Shown: piece by piece, positions 29,583 through 40,799 of the stretch | Layout of the letters: the number at the start of each line of letters is the position of its first letter | Numbering within the stretch: position 1 is the stretch's first letter | DNA from: Candidatus Poribacteria bacterium | Lineage (GTDB): Bacteria > Poribacteria > WGA-4E > WGA-3G | Direction of reading: 5' to 3' | Assembly (NCBI GenBank): GCA_965214095.1 | Contig: OZ243938.1 | Coordinates: 64,001 to 128,000, forward strand | DNA length: 64,000 nucleotides | The notes under the pieces: generated by a model | Seen by the model: only the letters and a program-made list of their open reading frames with translations | Told to the model about the DNA's origin: nothing | Databases searched by the model: none | Translations under genes and position numbers: made by a program

Positions 29583-30431
29583 TCAACGGGTTGATTTTAA
29601 TCTTCCCCAAGTTGTTGTTAACTTATTCTTTGCTTCAACAGCGAGTTGTTCGTCTGTGAGAATGACTAAACCTGTGTTTTCTGGTTGTTTAGCACCGTTG
29701 ACGATACAATCTGTATACCAGCCGCTCCAACCTTTTTGACCGGGAGTGTCTTTGTCGCCATCATTGACACAAATAGCTAAACCAAATTCATAACCTGCAC
29801 TGAATTTACCACCAGCAACATCCCAATCATCAGCTGAAAATCTATATTCGTAGTAGGTTTCCTTGTCGTCTTCGTTCCGAGTTATTGCAACATTATCACC
29901 CTCAGTTAATTCCTGAGCTCCGAATATCGCTTCATTATGAAATATAAGGCCGTTTGCATCATTGTTTAAAGCAGCATTATACAAGTATAATTCTGCCCCA
30001 GGCTTACGCATACCAGATGGTACGAATCCAATTTGTGCACTATCACCATTCCAAGCACCACCACCATTTTGATGCTCGTCATCAGTAACGGCAAGTGCAA
30101 GATAGATATTTTCTTCGTCCCAGACAATACCAAAACAGGTTCTATGGTCATCACGACCATCCCAATTTCCTCCATCCCATTCACGGAAGACATATATTTT
30201 GCCATCGTTCCCAGCAAATTCTACTTCACAGAAAGGATCTCCATTTTCTCCAGTTACAGACTCAAAGACACCTTCCCAACCTTCTGCGTCATCAAGTTGA
30301 CCGTCAATCGTAATTTCTGCAGGACGTTGAAGTGCATGATATTCATCATGTGTATCGCTCCGCCACTGCGCATCTGCTGTTAAGCCAGTGATGAGTAACA
30401 ATAGTGTAATTGCGATTAAAACCTTCTTCAT
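29583..30431 (-). CDS. Secreted CBM9/DOMON-like protein (paralog of the neighbour) with TWG tail
   Basis: MKKVLIAI signal peptide; shares ADAQWRS, TDDEHQNGG and PGQKGWSGW; ends VEAKNKLTTTWGRLK. Confidence 0.75.
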   Translation of the reverse strand: MKKVLIAITLLLLITGLTADAQWRSDTHDEYHALQRPAEITIDGQLDDAEGWEGVFESVTGENGDPFCEVEFAGNDGKIYVFREWDGGNWDGRDDHRTCFGIVWDEENIYLALAVTDDEHQNGGGAWNGDSAQIGFVPSGMRKPGAELYLYNAALNNDANGLIFHNEAIFGAQELTEGDNVAITRNEDDKETYYEYRFSADDWDVAGGKFSAGYEFGLAICVNDGDKDTPGQKGWSGWYTDCIVNGAKQPENTGLVILTDEQLAVEAKNKLTTTWGRLKSTR

Positions 30432-30579
30432 TTTCTTTCTCCTTGTTATGCCATTTCTATATGATTTTCCCTTCAATAATGGAATGTAAGAGGCGCAATG
30501 AATTGCGCGACTATGATATACTATCTCTTGAAAGGGTTGACTTATGAATAATAAATTTGTTTGAAAACTAATTAGATTA

Positions 30580-32115
30580 TTAACGATCACCAATTATTTC
30601 AACTGTATCTTTCTTACCTATACAAAATATATATCTGTCATCTGAACCAATATATAACTTTTCATTTGCGATTGCTGGTGAGGATAGGAATTTCACACCA
30701 TTCGTGTCAGTATCTGAATCATACTCCCACTGAATCTGTCCATCCTCAACACTTAAAGAATAGATACGACCCGCTTGCGTTGCAACATAGACGGATTCGT
30801 CCGTTACTGCTGGTGAAGCCAAAACGGGTGAACCGAGATTTTTTTTCCAATGGATTTCACCATTCAAAGCATTAAGTGTGTAAACAAAATTAGTTCGTGA
30901 TCCAAAGGTAACATAGCCGTCGTGCACTACAGCGGCTGTCAGCACAGCATCACCTGCTTCATATTCCCAAACAATGTCACCTGTTTCACCATCTAATGCA
31001 ACGAACTTTCCAGCAGGAATAGGGGCACTTTGAGAAAAATCCCCTCTTCCGAGACCGAAAAAGACAAGATTTTCATATCCACTCGGAGTTCCCCACACTG
31101 GATACGGCATCGGGGTTGACCATATCTCTTCTCCAGTAACAGCATCTACAGCATATATTGTATATCCATCATAACCAGTACCGAAATAGACCTTATCATT
31201 TTTTACGAAAGGTGACATATCGGCATGGACTGCCGGATAATGCCAGATCTGTTCACCAGCAAGAGCGTCAATACAATAAACGCCATCTGCCCCTGCAGTG
31301 AAGTAAAGTCTACCTTTTGTTATGAACGGTGTCGATTCTACATGACTTGCAGTAGTAAAACTCCATATCGGTTCACCTGTGTTAGCATCCAGACATCTTA
31401 GTCTGCATCCACTATCCAAATGAAAACCTTCACCTATGTAGACCCTACCTGCAACAACTGCAGGAGATGAAAATATCGGAATCTCAGACTCTTTCTCCCA
31501 CACAACTTCATTCTTATCTGTGTCAATACAAAATGTAGCACCACGAACAGAGAAGACTGATCCTGCAACAGCACCAATATAAAGTCGATTTCCAACGATG
31601 GCTGGTGATGATAAGAACTGTACCGTTCTTGATCCCTTTGCCTTAAATACCCAAAGTGCGTTCCCATCAATAGGACCAGAAAGTTCATCAACTCGTCCTG
31701 TGCGGTTAGCATTGCCTCTAAAGGTTGTCCAGGCACTGCCTGTTCTTGCTTTCTGTTCTGCAGTTTTTTCACTACTTACATCTATCGGAGTTGGATTATT
31801 ATCAACGCCTTTATCAACTAAATAGAAGGTGAGCACTCCTAAACCGATAAGTACAAACAGACTAATGAAAGATACAATTGTCCTTTTCACTGTAAAAAAT
31901 CCTCTAATCTTGTAATATATGCTCTTCGTTGTATCACGTGCAAAGACAAGTGAAGTGAGTACAGCAATACCAACGAATGCAAGAATCTGCGGAATTATTG
32001 CAAGTAATGCAGTCAAAGGTCCTATCAATTGTGGTATTACTGCCTCAGCAGTAGAAGTAAAACAGACAATAACAGACAAGATACTCAATGATAGTATCTT
32101 TGCTATATTTCGCAT
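30580..32115 (-). CDS. PQQ-like/BamB-type beta-propeller repeat membrane protein
   Basis: WTTFRGNANRTG; repeated SSPAV...YIG...LDA.TGE.IW. Confidence 0.85.
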   Translation of the reverse strand: MRNIAKILSLSILSVIVCFTSTAEAVIPQLIGPLTALLAIIPQILAFVGIAVLTSLVFARDTTKSIYYKIRGFFTVKRTIVSFISLFVLIGLGVLTFYLVDKGVDNNPTPIDVSSEKTAEQKARTGSAWTTFRGNANRTGRVDELSGPIDGNALWVFKAKGSRTVQFLSSPAIVGNRLYIGAVAGSVFSVRGATFCIDTDKNEVVWEKESEIPIFSSPAVVAGRVYIGEGFHLDSGCRLRCLDANTGEPIWSFTTASHVESTPFITKGRLYFTAGADGVYCIDALAGEQIWHYPAVHADMSPFVKNDKVYFGTGYDGYTIYAVDAVTGEEIWSTPMPYPVWGTPSGYENLVFFGLGRGDFSQSAPIPAGKFVALDGETGDIVWEYEAGDAVLTAAVVHDGYVTFGSRTNFVYTLNALNGEIHWKKNLGSPVLASPAVTDESVYVATQAGRIYSLSVEDGQIQWEYDSDTDTNGVKFLSSPAIANEKLYIGSDDRYIFCIGKKDTVEIIGDR

Positions 32116-32141
32116 ACTTGGGTGACTCCAACAATATGGAT

Positions 32142-33311
32142 CTACTTTAGAAATTCTACCGTATAATGCAGAAGATTTTCAAGTAATTGACGATTCTTAT
32201 TCGTATTCTGCTTATTATCGTTGCGAAGGTTTGTAATGAGATACATCCCTTTTCCATATCTAAGTTTTGCAACGACTATCTCTTTACCGTTATTGGTCGT
32301 AGCGAGCACTTCAAATTTATCGTTCCAACCGTTCCATGAATCATCAAGTGCAAGTTTTCCTGAACGAATTTGGTGTGGTGACTTAAATAGATCGCCAGCT
32401 TTTGAAGTCGGTTTAAAATCGTCTCTGATATTACTTTCAATACCTCTGAGTGGCTCCGACAACCAACCTACACCACAAGGACGATTCTGATCGCTATCCT
32501 GTCCAGAAACTATGACAACACCGCCAGACTTCACATAATCTTTAATCCGCTTCTCATGGTTCTTATTCAGGCGATATTTACCATCATCAATTGCACGGTA
32601 TCCAAGCCATAATATATCAAAATCCTTTAATCCATCCAACTCACGTTCTGTAGTCTGTTTACAGGCTATATATTGACCATCAATCCTATTAAGGTCAGAT
32701 ATGAAATGAAGTTCCTCTTCATATCCTTTTCTGTTTAGAAGTAGGAAGTTCATCATTCTGCCATCCAACATAGACCGTAATTCTTTTTGGAAATCTTTAG
32801 TTGAGTCACGTTTGGAAACTTTGTCTTGATTGAGGTATTTCTCAAAGTGTGTAAACCCCCATCTACCCCATCCTCTTTCACGATCCTTCGTTAGCTGCAG
32901 TTGAAACCATTTTCCCCTTGTGTGTGCCAACGCGTCAATACGTCTATCTTCTTGTAGGTAACACACAACAATCTGTTCATCCTTCTTCAAGAAACGGGAA
33001 AGTTCGCCCCTATGATCTGCTTCACCTTTATATATATCAAAGCGAATTTTAATAACATCAAATTCACTTCGTCCTTTAATGTTATGTTCTACCTTAATAT
33101 TGGCAGTCTTTCGTTGCGTGTTTACCTCTTCAATTGTGCCAAACACGATATTAGAACTTTCATTGACAATTTGCGGAATAGTATACCGTGCTGCAATGTA
33201 GGCATCCGTGTACAGGTGTGTAAATATAAACAGATTTGTAAGCAGTATTCCTATCGTCCATTTTGTCTTTAGTTTCAAATTCTGTTGGTTTTTTATACTA
33301 AGTTTGTGCAT
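32142..33311 (-). CDS. Exported hypothetical protein, C-terminal domain possibly GATase-like
   Basis: 389-aa ORF with RBS; DILWLG...IKDYVKSGGVVIV...YGKGMY pattern. Confidence 0.55.
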   Translation of the reverse strand: MHKLSIKNQQNLKLKTKWTIGILLTNLFIFTHLYTDAYIAARYTIPQIVNESSNIVFGTIEEVNTQRKTANIKVEHNIKGRSEFDVIKIRFDIYKGEADHRGELSRFLKKDEQIVVCYLQEDRRIDALAHTRGKWFQLQLTKDRERGWGRWGFTHFEKYLNQDKVSKRDSTKDFQKELRSMLDGRMMNFLLLNRKGYEEELHFISDLNRIDGQYIACKQTTERELDGLKDFDILWLGYRAIDDGKYRLNKNHEKRIKDYVKSGGVVIVSGQDSDQNRPCGVGWLSEPLRGIESNIRDDFKPTSKAGDLFKSPHQIRSGKLALDDSWNGWNDKFEVLATTNNGKEIVVAKLRYGKGMYLITNLRNDNKQNTNKNRQLLENLLHYTVEFLK

Positions 33312-33345
33312 AGACTCCCTCCTTTAGAAATCCTTGATGATGAAA

Positions 33346-33672
33346 TTAGCTTAATTTAACTGCAGTTCCAGTTCCAGTAGCAGTTACCATCAGCATTCCA
33401 TTACTGGACCCAAGCACTTGATAATCAATATCAATACCTACGACAGCATCTGCACCTTTATTACTTGCTATTTCTTGCATTTCACGGATGGCAGTTTCAC
33501 GCGCTTCTGCGAGTTTATCCTCATAAGTATTAGAACGTCCACCGATCATGTCTGTAATTCCAGCAAGAAAATCACGGAATATGTTTGCACCCATGATCGC
33601 CTCACCTGTTACCAAACCAAGATATTGTCCAATCTGTCTACCTTCAATAGTATTTGTCGTTGTTGAAATCAT
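33346..33672 (-). CDS. YbjQ/UPF0145 heavy-metal-binding family protein
   Basis: [13 protein letters not shown]...GGRS..YE...[12 protein letters not shown]. Confidence 0.9.
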   Translation of the reverse strand: MISTTTNTIEGRQIGQYLGLVTGEAIMGANIFRDFLAGITDMIGGRSNTYEDKLAEARETAIREMQEIASNKGADAVVGIDIDYQVLGSSNGMLMVTATGTGTAVKLS

Positions 33673-34781
33673 TATTGTGATCTCCCTCTTGCTGCTATTT
33701 CCCACACTGTCTCCACGATTTCATTCCGAATACCATAAAACCTGTCATGAAGGTTAACATTAGTACAACAGTGTGTCGGTAAAATTTCAAGCTTATCTGT
33801 CGGTTTTAGTGAAATATCTTCATTGGATACATGCATTTTCCCATGTTCTTCGGAAAGACCGGTCATTTCGACACCCTGCAAACCAACAGGTTGTGGTATA
33901 CCAAACTCTTTTGTTAACACCTTTAGACCAGTATCTACAATAATCCTGTTTTTTTCTGGACGACTAACAACTGTCGCTAAGACTGTTAACGCACAACCAA
34001 ATTTCTCACCGACACCTTCAACATTACGATATGTTGAATCCATAAAGACATAAGAACCAGCCTGTACCTCAGTCATTTCAAGGATACTGCCTGTTATATC
34101 GTAAGTGCCAGTTCCGCCACCGCTCATTATGGCTACATTGATACCGTTTTTTTCAAGGAGATGTTTTGTATCAATTAGACGTTGCATTGCTGATTTCGTA
34201 GCAGCTACACGTTCAGTTTTATTCGGTTTTGCAACGGTATGTCCTTCATATCCCATCAAACCTTCAAACTTTAGGCTTGGACTCTCACCTATAATATTAA
34301 CCAACGAAAGTGTTTCAGGTCCAGGTTCAACACCACACCGATCCATACCGATATTGACTTCAACCAAAACCCTAATCGTAACACCTTTTTCTGCTGCTGC
34401 CTTGGAAATTGCATGAACATTGTCATCGTTGTCCACTGCAATCATTATGTCAGAATGTTTTGCTAAGTTTATAAGTCGAGCTATTTTATGTGTACCGACA
34501 ATCTGATTTGCAATTAAGACATCTCTGATGCCTGAATGAACAATTGCTTCTGCTTCTCCTAATTTGGCACATGTCACACCAATTGCTCCAGCAGCAATTT
34601 GTTTATGTGAAATAATTGGAGTTTTATGTGTTTTGACGTGTGGTCTTAGTTCTGTGTTTACTGTAGCAAAATAATCTGCCATTTTCTGGATATTCGATTC
34701 CATTATATCCAGATCAATCAACAATGCAGGCGTATCTAATTCCGTTTTATGTCTACCGATATACGTCTCGACATCGGACAT
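33672..34781 (-). CDS. DSD1/D-threonine aldolase-family PLP enzyme
   Basis: [27 protein letters not shown] and PTHCC motifs. Confidence 0.9.
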   Translation of the reverse strand: MSDVETYIGRHKTELDTPALLIDLDIMESNIQKMADYFATVNTELRPHVKTHKTPIISHKQIAAGAIGVTCAKLGEAEAIVHSGIRDVLIANQIVGTHKIARLINLAKHSDIMIAVDNDDNVHAISKAAAEKGVTIRVLVEVNIGMDRCGVEPGPETLSLVNIIGESPSLKFEGLMGYEGHTVAKPNKTERVAATKSAMQRLIDTKHLLEKNGINVAIMSGGGTGTYDITGSILEMTEVQAGSYVFMDSTYRNVEGVGEKFGCALTVLATVVSRPEKNRIIVDTGLKVLTKEFGIPQPVGLQGVEMTGLSEEHGKMHVSNEDISLKPTDKLEILPTHCCTNVNLHDRFYGIRNEIVETVWEIAARGRSQ

Positions 34782-34791
34782 ACACCACCTC

Positions 34792-35745
34792 TTAAAGTTG
34801 TTGGACAGGATTAGAAAGTGTGCCAAATCCTGGGATTTCTATCTTGACAATATCGTTCGGAGCCAGTGGTAAATCATTTGGAACGATTATTCCTGTACCA
34901 GTTGAGACAACAGTCCCATAAGGTATTGGGTTATCTCGCATTAAAAATTCGGTGAGTTGTTCAAACTTCCAATTTATCTGCGATGTATTTACTGCACCTG
35001 CAAAGATCTCTTTGTCCTCACGAAGAATAGTACATTTAATTTCCAAATTATAAGGATCATCTACTTCAGAAGGAGTAACGAACATCGGTCCAAGAGCACA
35101 ACATCCATAGAATACCTTTGATTGTGGTAAATATAACGGATTATCGCGTTCAATGTCCCAAGCGGACACATCATTACATAAGGTATAGCCGACTATTTCA
35201 CCTTCAGCACCGAGAACATAAGCAAGTTCTGGTTCAGTAGCAGTCAATGCAGAGTCGCTTCGTATACCAATGTATCCATTCGGTCCAACACAACGAGATG
35301 GTGTCGCTTTAAAAAATATCTCTGGTCTATCTGCATGATATACACGACTATAGATATCTTGTTCTGAATCGTCATCACGCATATCCGCACTACGTTTATA
35401 GGTAACGCCACATCCCCATACTTCTGGAGGGTCTATGGGCATCAATAGATGTGGTTTTTTTTCTGATGGATTTACATTCAACTTGTCCAATGTCAATCCG
35501 TTGTCTTCTGCTGAAACACTATCTGTTTCTCGGAATGCTGTAAACCGCATCGGTGGAGGGACAGATACCTTTTCCTGTATATCTGCAAGCAATACACCTA
35601 AACTCACGCGTTCTTTATGCGCAAGTTTAAGCACATCTAACACACTCCTCGATTCTTCACTGGTTACATCAATTACACTGTTTTCGCGGGTAACAACCCC
35701 GACACGCTTACCTAAGTTAGGCAAATGATATTGGATAAGTTTCAT
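34792..35745 (-). CDS. Fumarylacetoacetate hydrolase-family protein (2-keto-3-deoxy-pentonate dehydratase-like)
   Basis: EVWGCGVTY, RPEIFFK, EPEL, NDVSAWDIE and NPLYLPQSK motifs. Confidence 0.85.
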   Translation of the reverse strand: MKLIQYHLPNLGKRVGVVTRENSVIDVTSEESRSVLDVLKLAHKERVSLGVLLADIQEKVSVPPPMRFTAFRETDSVSAEDNGLTLDKLNVNPSEKKPHLLMPIDPPEVWGCGVTYKRSADMRDDDSEQDIYSRVYHADRPEIFFKATPSRCVGPNGYIGIRSDSALTATEPELAYVLGAEGEIVGYTLCNDVSAWDIERDNPLYLPQSKVFYGCCALGPMFVTPSEVDDPYNLEIKCTILREDKEIFAGAVNTSQINWKFEQLTEFLMRDNPIPYGTVVSTGTGIIVPNDLPLAPNDIVKIEIPGFGTLSNPVQQL

Positions 35746-35824
35746 AAAACACCGTAAATTACCATTATTCTCAGTTGTCCGTCCTATATCTAAGATCTGA
35801 CTAACTTAATATCAGAATTTACCT

Positions 35825-36442
35825 TTATCTATCGGATGGGATTAAGTTCATTGTCTCAAGATATGAAATCACCTTTTGTGCTGATTCAAGAATTGAAAGA
35901 TCGGCACTATTCACAAGCACTTCAGGTTTATTCGGTGCTTCATAGGGTGCACTAATTCCAGTAAATTCTTTGATCTCTCCTGAACGGGCTTTCTTATACA
36001 ACCCTTTCGGATCGCGTTCTTCACATACATCAAGAGGACATTCAACATAAACTTCAACGAATCTATTTTCAGATATTAGTTCTCTTGCTTGGTCCCGATC
36101 AGCGCGGTAGGGTGAAATGAAGGCTGTCATGACAACTGTGCCTGCGTCAACGAATAGTTTCGAGACTTCACCGACTCTGCGTATGTTTTCTTCACGATCC
36201 TCAGGAGAAAATCCTAAATTTTTGTTCAATCCGTGTCGCACATTGTCACCATCTAACACATAAGTGTGATGCCTACGTTCATGTAACAAGTGTGCCACTG
36301 CGTTTGCCAATGTTGATTTTCCTGAACCTGAAAGTCCTGTAAACCAAACTACACAACCTTTCTGGTTGAGTAGTTGTTCTCTATCTTCCACTGTAACAGT
36401 GGTTTCATGCCATGTTATATTTGTTGCTTTCTGTTCTGCCAA
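35825..36442 (-). CDS. cysC: Adenylyl-sulfate kinase
   Basis: [32 protein letters not shown] and FTGISAPYE motifs. Confidence 0.95.
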   Translation of the reverse strand: MAEQKATNITWHETTVTVEDREQLLNQKGCVVWFTGLSGSGKSTLANAVAHLLHERRHHTYVLDGDNVRHGLNKNLGFSPEDREENIRRVGEVSKLFVDAGTVVMTAFISPYRADRDQARELISENRFVEVYVECPLDVCEERDPKGLYKKARSGEIKEFTGISAPYEAPNKPEVLVNSADLSILESAQKVISYLETMNLIPSDR

Positions 36443-36701
36443 ACGATTGTTCCTCAGTTCTTTGTAGTAGTTAATAAGGAAGGTTACATTAATCAATAAT
36501 GTATTCTGGAATGTTACTTCTAATCATACTTATTGAGTGGAATGCACTTAGAAATAGTATATCAGATGTAGTTGTCAAGTGCAAACAATTATGGTATGCT
36601 ATATATTATACCTTATCTAAATTGAAAAATGCAAAAGATTTTAGGTTATTTCACAGTGTGAAAGAAATTGCAGAAAGTTTATATTATAGATGCATTATAA
36701 A

Positions 36702-36789
36702 TATAAGTTGACACTTTCGACCCACGGTAGGCGAGGTTTCCTAACCTCGCCGACGCAGAGTGTTCAAGTAATTTCAAAATCTACTATAA
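36702..36789. repeat. 88-bp dispersed repeat with GTAG REP-like hairpin (copy 2)
   Basis: Matches 18176-18263. Confidence 0.85.
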
Positions 36790-36871
36790 CAATGTTATAA
36801 TTGGCACTCAAATACAACTATGATAGATACAAATTGAATAGTGTTTATTTTAAGTTTGAGAACGTTTAAAA

Positions 36872-37288
36872 ATGCCGGCAAAAGATATTTATCACGACAC
36901 GGTTAAGAATGCACTTGTTAAAGATGGTTGGACAATTACACACGATCCATTAAGATTAAAATGGGGTAGTAATTTTCTGTATGTGGATTTAGGTGCGGAA
37001 AAATTATTGACAGCTGAAAAAGACAATCAAAAAATCGCAGTTGAAGTTAAGAGTTTTGTAAGTCCATCCAATCTTTCTGACCTTGAAAATGCTCTTGGTC
37101 AATATATTCTGTATCGCAATATCATAGAAGAGCTTGAACCTCAGCTTAAATTGTATCTTGCTGTTCATGAAGAGATATTTGCAACCGTTTTTGAGGAGTC
37201 GCTTGGACAAATGCTTATCCGTAAGAACAACTTGAAACTAATTGTCTTTAGAATCACTGAGGAGGAGATTATCAAATGGAACGAATAG
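36872..37288 (+). CDS. xisH: XisH-family protein (PD-(D/E)XK fold)
   Basis: MPAKDIYHDTVKNALVKDGWTITHDP, DLGAEK, IAVEVKSF and ALGQY motifs. Confidence 0.93.
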   Translation: MPAKDIYHDTVKNALVKDGWTITHDPLRLKWGSNFLYVDLGAEKLLTAEKDNQKIAVEVKSFVSPSNLSDLENALGQYILYRNIIEELEPQLKLYLAVHEEIFATVFEESLGQMLIRKNNLKLIVFRITEEEIIKWNE

Positions 37289-37608
37289 AAAAATATCGAG
37301 AAATAATAATGCAAATCTTTCGTGAATTTACAGAAACTCCTCATGTCTATGATGAACTAACTGATGAGATAATCGTTGACAGGGAAACTGACCGGTTTCT
37401 CTGGATGACAAGAGGAGTACAGAAACAAAAAAGGATTCATGCTTGTGTTGTACGGATTGATATTATTGATGGTAAGTTGTGGATTCAACAAGATAACACC
37501 GAAGGTATAGCACCAGAATTAGAACGGTTTGGAGTCCCCAAAGAACATATTGTATTGGGATTTCGATCACCCGATATTCGTCCATACACGGGTTACGCTG
37601 TAGATTAG
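37276..37608 (+). CDS. xisI: XisI-family protein
   Basis: IDIIDGKLWIQQDNTEGIA.EL...GVPKEHIVLGF...RPYTGYAV. Confidence 0.92.
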   Translation: MERIEKYREIIMQIFREFTETPHVYDELTDEIIVDRETDRFLWMTRGVQKQKRIHACVVRIDIIDGKLWIQQDNTEGIAPELERFGVPKEHIVLGFRSPDIRPYTGYAVD

Positions 37609-37659
37609 ATGAGCCTTAACAACAATGATAGAGATAGATACGGTATAGGAATATTATAT

Positions 37660-38502
37660 ATGTCAAAAGATGAAATAAGAGTCGCAGCATGTCAATTGCT
37701 AACAAGCAAAGATGTAGTGTCAAGTACAGATAAAGTTTTGCAGCAAATAGAGCAATGTGCTGAACATCAGATACAGATTGCTGCATTTCCAGAAGGATGC
37801 TTGTTCGGATACTGTTGTGAGACTAAATATTGGGAACAGATATCACCCCAAGTGTTCAAAGAAGCGGAAGCAAGAATTGCCGAAGCCGCTCGAAGACACA
37901 AAATAGCGGTCATCGTTGGAACTGCACATCATGATGGTGAAAATTGGCACAACGACTTAGCAATATTCGATCAACACGGTTCTTTAAGATACCGTTATGG
38001 AAAGACATTTCTGGCAGGAGAAAAGTGGTGTACAAACAATCGTGGAAAATTGCCAATTGTCCGATTAGTTGATGTTGATTGTTGCTTTATTATATGTCAC
38101 GATGTCCGTTATCCTGAATTGGTTAAACTGCCGGCTGCGATGGGTGCACAAATCTGTTTCTTCTGTTCTTGTGAATCGGGTCTACTTTCTGAATATAAAC
38201 TCTCGGCATACCGAGCAATGCCAATTTCACGCGCAACTGAAAACGGGATTTATCTTGTGATGGCAAACACACCTGCAAATCCTGATAATATTAAGTCACC
38301 AGGATCTTCTCATGGCAACTCAAAAATAATACATCCTAACGGGAATGTTATCAAGGAAGCAGGATTCTTCGGTGATGAAATCGTTTCTGCAACAATAGAT
38401 ATTTCTCAAGCTAATGGCGGACAAGCAAAACGCACATACAACGAAGATACTATTTTGCGTGAGTGGTTTCAGAAAGGAACAGATTTTGTTGAAAAGGTCT
38501 AA
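37660..38502 (+). CDS. Carbon-nitrogen hydrolase (nitrilase family)
   Basis: E-K-C triad: FPEG, YGKT, ICHD. Confidence 0.88.
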   Translation: MSKDEIRVAACQLLTSKDVVSSTDKVLQQIEQCAEHQIQIAAFPEGCLFGYCCETKYWEQISPQVFKEAEARIAEAARRHKIAVIVGTAHHDGENWHNDLAIFDQHGSLRYRYGKTFLAGEKWCTNNRGKLPIVRLVDVDCCFIICHDVRYPELVKLPAAMGAQICFFCSCESGLLSEYKLSAYRAMPISRATENGIYLVMANTPANPDNIKSPGSSHGNSKIIHPNGNVIKEAGFFGDEIVSATIDISQANGGQAKRTYNEDTILREWFQKGTDFVEKV

Positions 38503-38515
38503 GTTCAGTTGAGCA

Positions 38516-39952
38516 CTACCGCTCTCTATCAGACACAAGCAGATCATACGAATTGCTCTGCCATCCACCCTCCATCACAATGTTGTCTCTTGTATCACGT
38601 AACCATCTAACCATACGATCCTTCATACGTCTTAGCACGTGTTTATAACCAAGATGTGTTGCAAGGTTATGGAGTTCATGTGGGTCACTCTTCATATCGT
38701 AGAGTTCATCTTCACTATATGGATTATACACATATTTCCAGGAATCAGTTCGCACCATCCGCACAGTAGCAAGTGTTGCTTCATAGCCATGAAATTCTGC
38801 AAAGACATCATCTGGCCAGTCATCAACAGTGTCCCCTCTGAGCAGAGGAACAATTGACCTACCGTCAAGATTATTCGGTATTTCTGCGCCACCTATTTCC
38901 AAAAATGTTGGCATTAGATCAACAAGATTAACAAATTCATTACATGTAGAACCCGCTGATGTTATACCAGGCCATCTCATGACAAGCGGTATGTGATGAG
39001 TCTCCTCATACATGTGAAAACCTTTGTTAAAGAGACGATGACTACCAAGCATATCACCATGGTCAGTTGAAAAAATGACAATTGTGTTCTCTGATAAACC
39101 GTTCTGTTCAAGGCAATCAAGGATCCGTTGAACTTGGTCATCAATGAATGTGCAGAAACCCCAATATGCAGCTATCACCTTCTGCCAATCTTCCCAAGTC
39201 AAATGACTTGCATTCCATCGCAACATCTCTTTCTGTTGAATCAGTGGTTTATTGATAAACAGTTCATCAAAGTTTCCCCAACGTTCAACAGATTCTGGGT
39301 CATACATCGTATCATAAGGCTCTGGAACAGCATAAGGAAAATGTGGACCGAAGAAATTCGCCGCAATCATAAAAGGTTTTTCTGAATTCTGATAGCCATC
39401 AATTAACTCAATGGTCTTATCTGCCGTCCACGCCTCCATTGTCCGTTCAGCAGGAAGTGGAAGTCTACCATAAAACGGTGCCTCTCCACCCCATTCATAG
39501 GGTTGCACTGCATCTCGGTCAATCCGAAAATCTATACCATCATCACGAAGCCACTGATGCCATTCACTATACGGATGCCACTTGTCGTAACCCCAGAACT
39601 CAGTGTCTCCTTGTTTAGCAAGATGCCATTTACCTATACATGAAACATCATAATCTGCTGCCTTTAATAATTGTGGATACGCGGGTTTATCAAGAATCTG
39701 TTCTCCAAATACTGCATTGAAATTACCCATATTAGATAACTGTCCATGATTATGAGGATAGAGACCTGTAAGTAGAGAACCACGCGCAGGTGAACAGAGT
39801 GCTATTGGTGTATAGGCTTTTGTGAAACGCATTCCTGTAGCAGCCACACTGTCTATTGCTGGTGTTTGACATATAGTTGCACCATTACAACCCAATGAAT
39901 CGTAACGTTGTTGATCAGTTAAAAGAAAAAGAATATTTGGAGTATCAGTCAT
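38516..39952 (-). CDS. Formylglycine-dependent sulfatase (S1)
   Basis: TDQQR, CSPARGSLLTG, GKWHL, PHFP and STDHG motifs. Confidence 0.93.
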   Translation of the reverse strand: MTDTPNILFLLTDQQRYDSLGCNGATICQTPAIDSVAATGMRFTKAYTPIALCSPARGSLLTGLYPHNHGQLSNMGNFNAVFGEQILDKPAYPQLLKAADYDVSCIGKWHLAKQGDTEFWGYDKWHPYSEWHQWLRDDGIDFRIDRDAVQPYEWGGEAPFYGRLPLPAERTMEAWTADKTIELIDGYQNSEKPFMIAANFFGPHFPYAVPEPYDTMYDPESVERWGNFDELFINKPLIQQKEMLRWNASHLTWEDWQKVIAAYWGFCTFIDDQVQRILDCLEQNGLSENTIVIFSTDHGDMLGSHRLFNKGFHMYEETHHIPLVMRWPGITSAGSTCNEFVNLVDLMPTFLEIGGAEIPNNLDGRSIVPLLRGDTVDDWPDDVFAEFHGYEATLATVRMVRTDSWKYVYNPYSEDELYDMKSDPHELHNLATHLGYKHVLRRMKDRMVRWLRDTRDNIVMEGGWQSNSYDLLVSDRER

Positions 39953-39964
39953 AATAAAATCCTT

Positions 39965-40546
39965 TTATGTCAAATCTGATAAAAAGTTGGTTTGTATATC
40001 ATCCACTAATGATAACCACCACATATCGTCGGAGTTCACACGTAAGATGTAAGTGTTGTTAGGAGAATCATTTGCCCCTAAACCCTTTTCAATAATTTTT
40101 GTATCCTTGTTATTCTCAAGAAAAGTACCAATTGTATTCTCCAATCGTATAGGAGATCGAATTGCTATAAGATTTATTATCTCAGATATTTCTAAATCCA
40201 GTAAATGGTCTATGTTCCAAAACAATTTCTTACCGTTTTTTGGTAATGGGTTTGAAGGTCCTAACCCACATGCTTGGAACTGATTCAACATGTCATCTCG
40301 AATTCTATGAGGTGGTTTGGAACTTGTTCTTGTAGCGTGTCTAACAAGCCTTCTGGCAAGAGAAGTTGAACCTTTCTCAGAAAGTGCAGACCCCACATAA
40401 CTATAATCACCTGCAGGTAATGAAATCAATTTTCCTTTCTTAAATCCACCAAATTTTAGTTTGGTATTCTTGCTCAGTCGAATTCTTAGCACATAAGTTC
40501 CTGCTTGTGAATCGTCACCAAGAATTGATATTTTTGGTATTTCCAT
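39965..40546 (-). CDS. GIY-YIG/DUF123-family putative endonuclease
   Basis: GTYVL...G.YSYVGSA...RRLVRH...WNIDHLL...G.GAND. Confidence 0.75.
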   Translation of the reverse strand: MEIPKISILGDDSQAGTYVLRIRLSKNTKLKFGGFKKGKLISLPAGDYSYVGSALSEKGSTSLARRLVRHATRTSSKPPHRIRDDMLNQFQACGLGPSNPLPKNGKKLFWNIDHLLDLEISEIINLIAIRSPIRLENTIGTFLENNKDTKIIEKGLGANDSPNNTYILRVNSDDMWWLSLVDDIQTNFLSDLT

Positions 40547-40652
40547 GATTTACTAAGAAATGCAATAAGGTGCGAATTAGTTGTCTATATTTGCTATGTC
40601 AGTGTAATCACTATACTACATTATGTCAAGAAAAAACACAGATAAATCAATC

Positions 40653-40789
40653 TATGGTAAACTTTTGAATTAATGGGACATTTTGAGATGTAGGCGGGAA
40701 CTCCGATTTCCGATTATCACTGAGTTAAATCGCGATTCGGAGATCGCTCCTACAGGAACTTTGTATTATTATTTTCAATGTTAGCTATA
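40653..40789. mobile_element. TA-bounded MITE-like element carrying a GTAG...CTAC REP doublet
   Basis: Imperfect terminal IRs TATGGTAAACTTTTGAATTAAT / ATTATTTTCAATGTTAGCTATA; REP pair at 40690-40753. Confidence 0.5.
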
Positions 40790-40799
40790 AATACACTGA

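Noticed and set aside
33361-33378. 6-bp duplication giving TATGTGTAV at the end of the YbjQ-family gene
   Set aside because: In-frame micro-duplication with no evidence of functional consequence.
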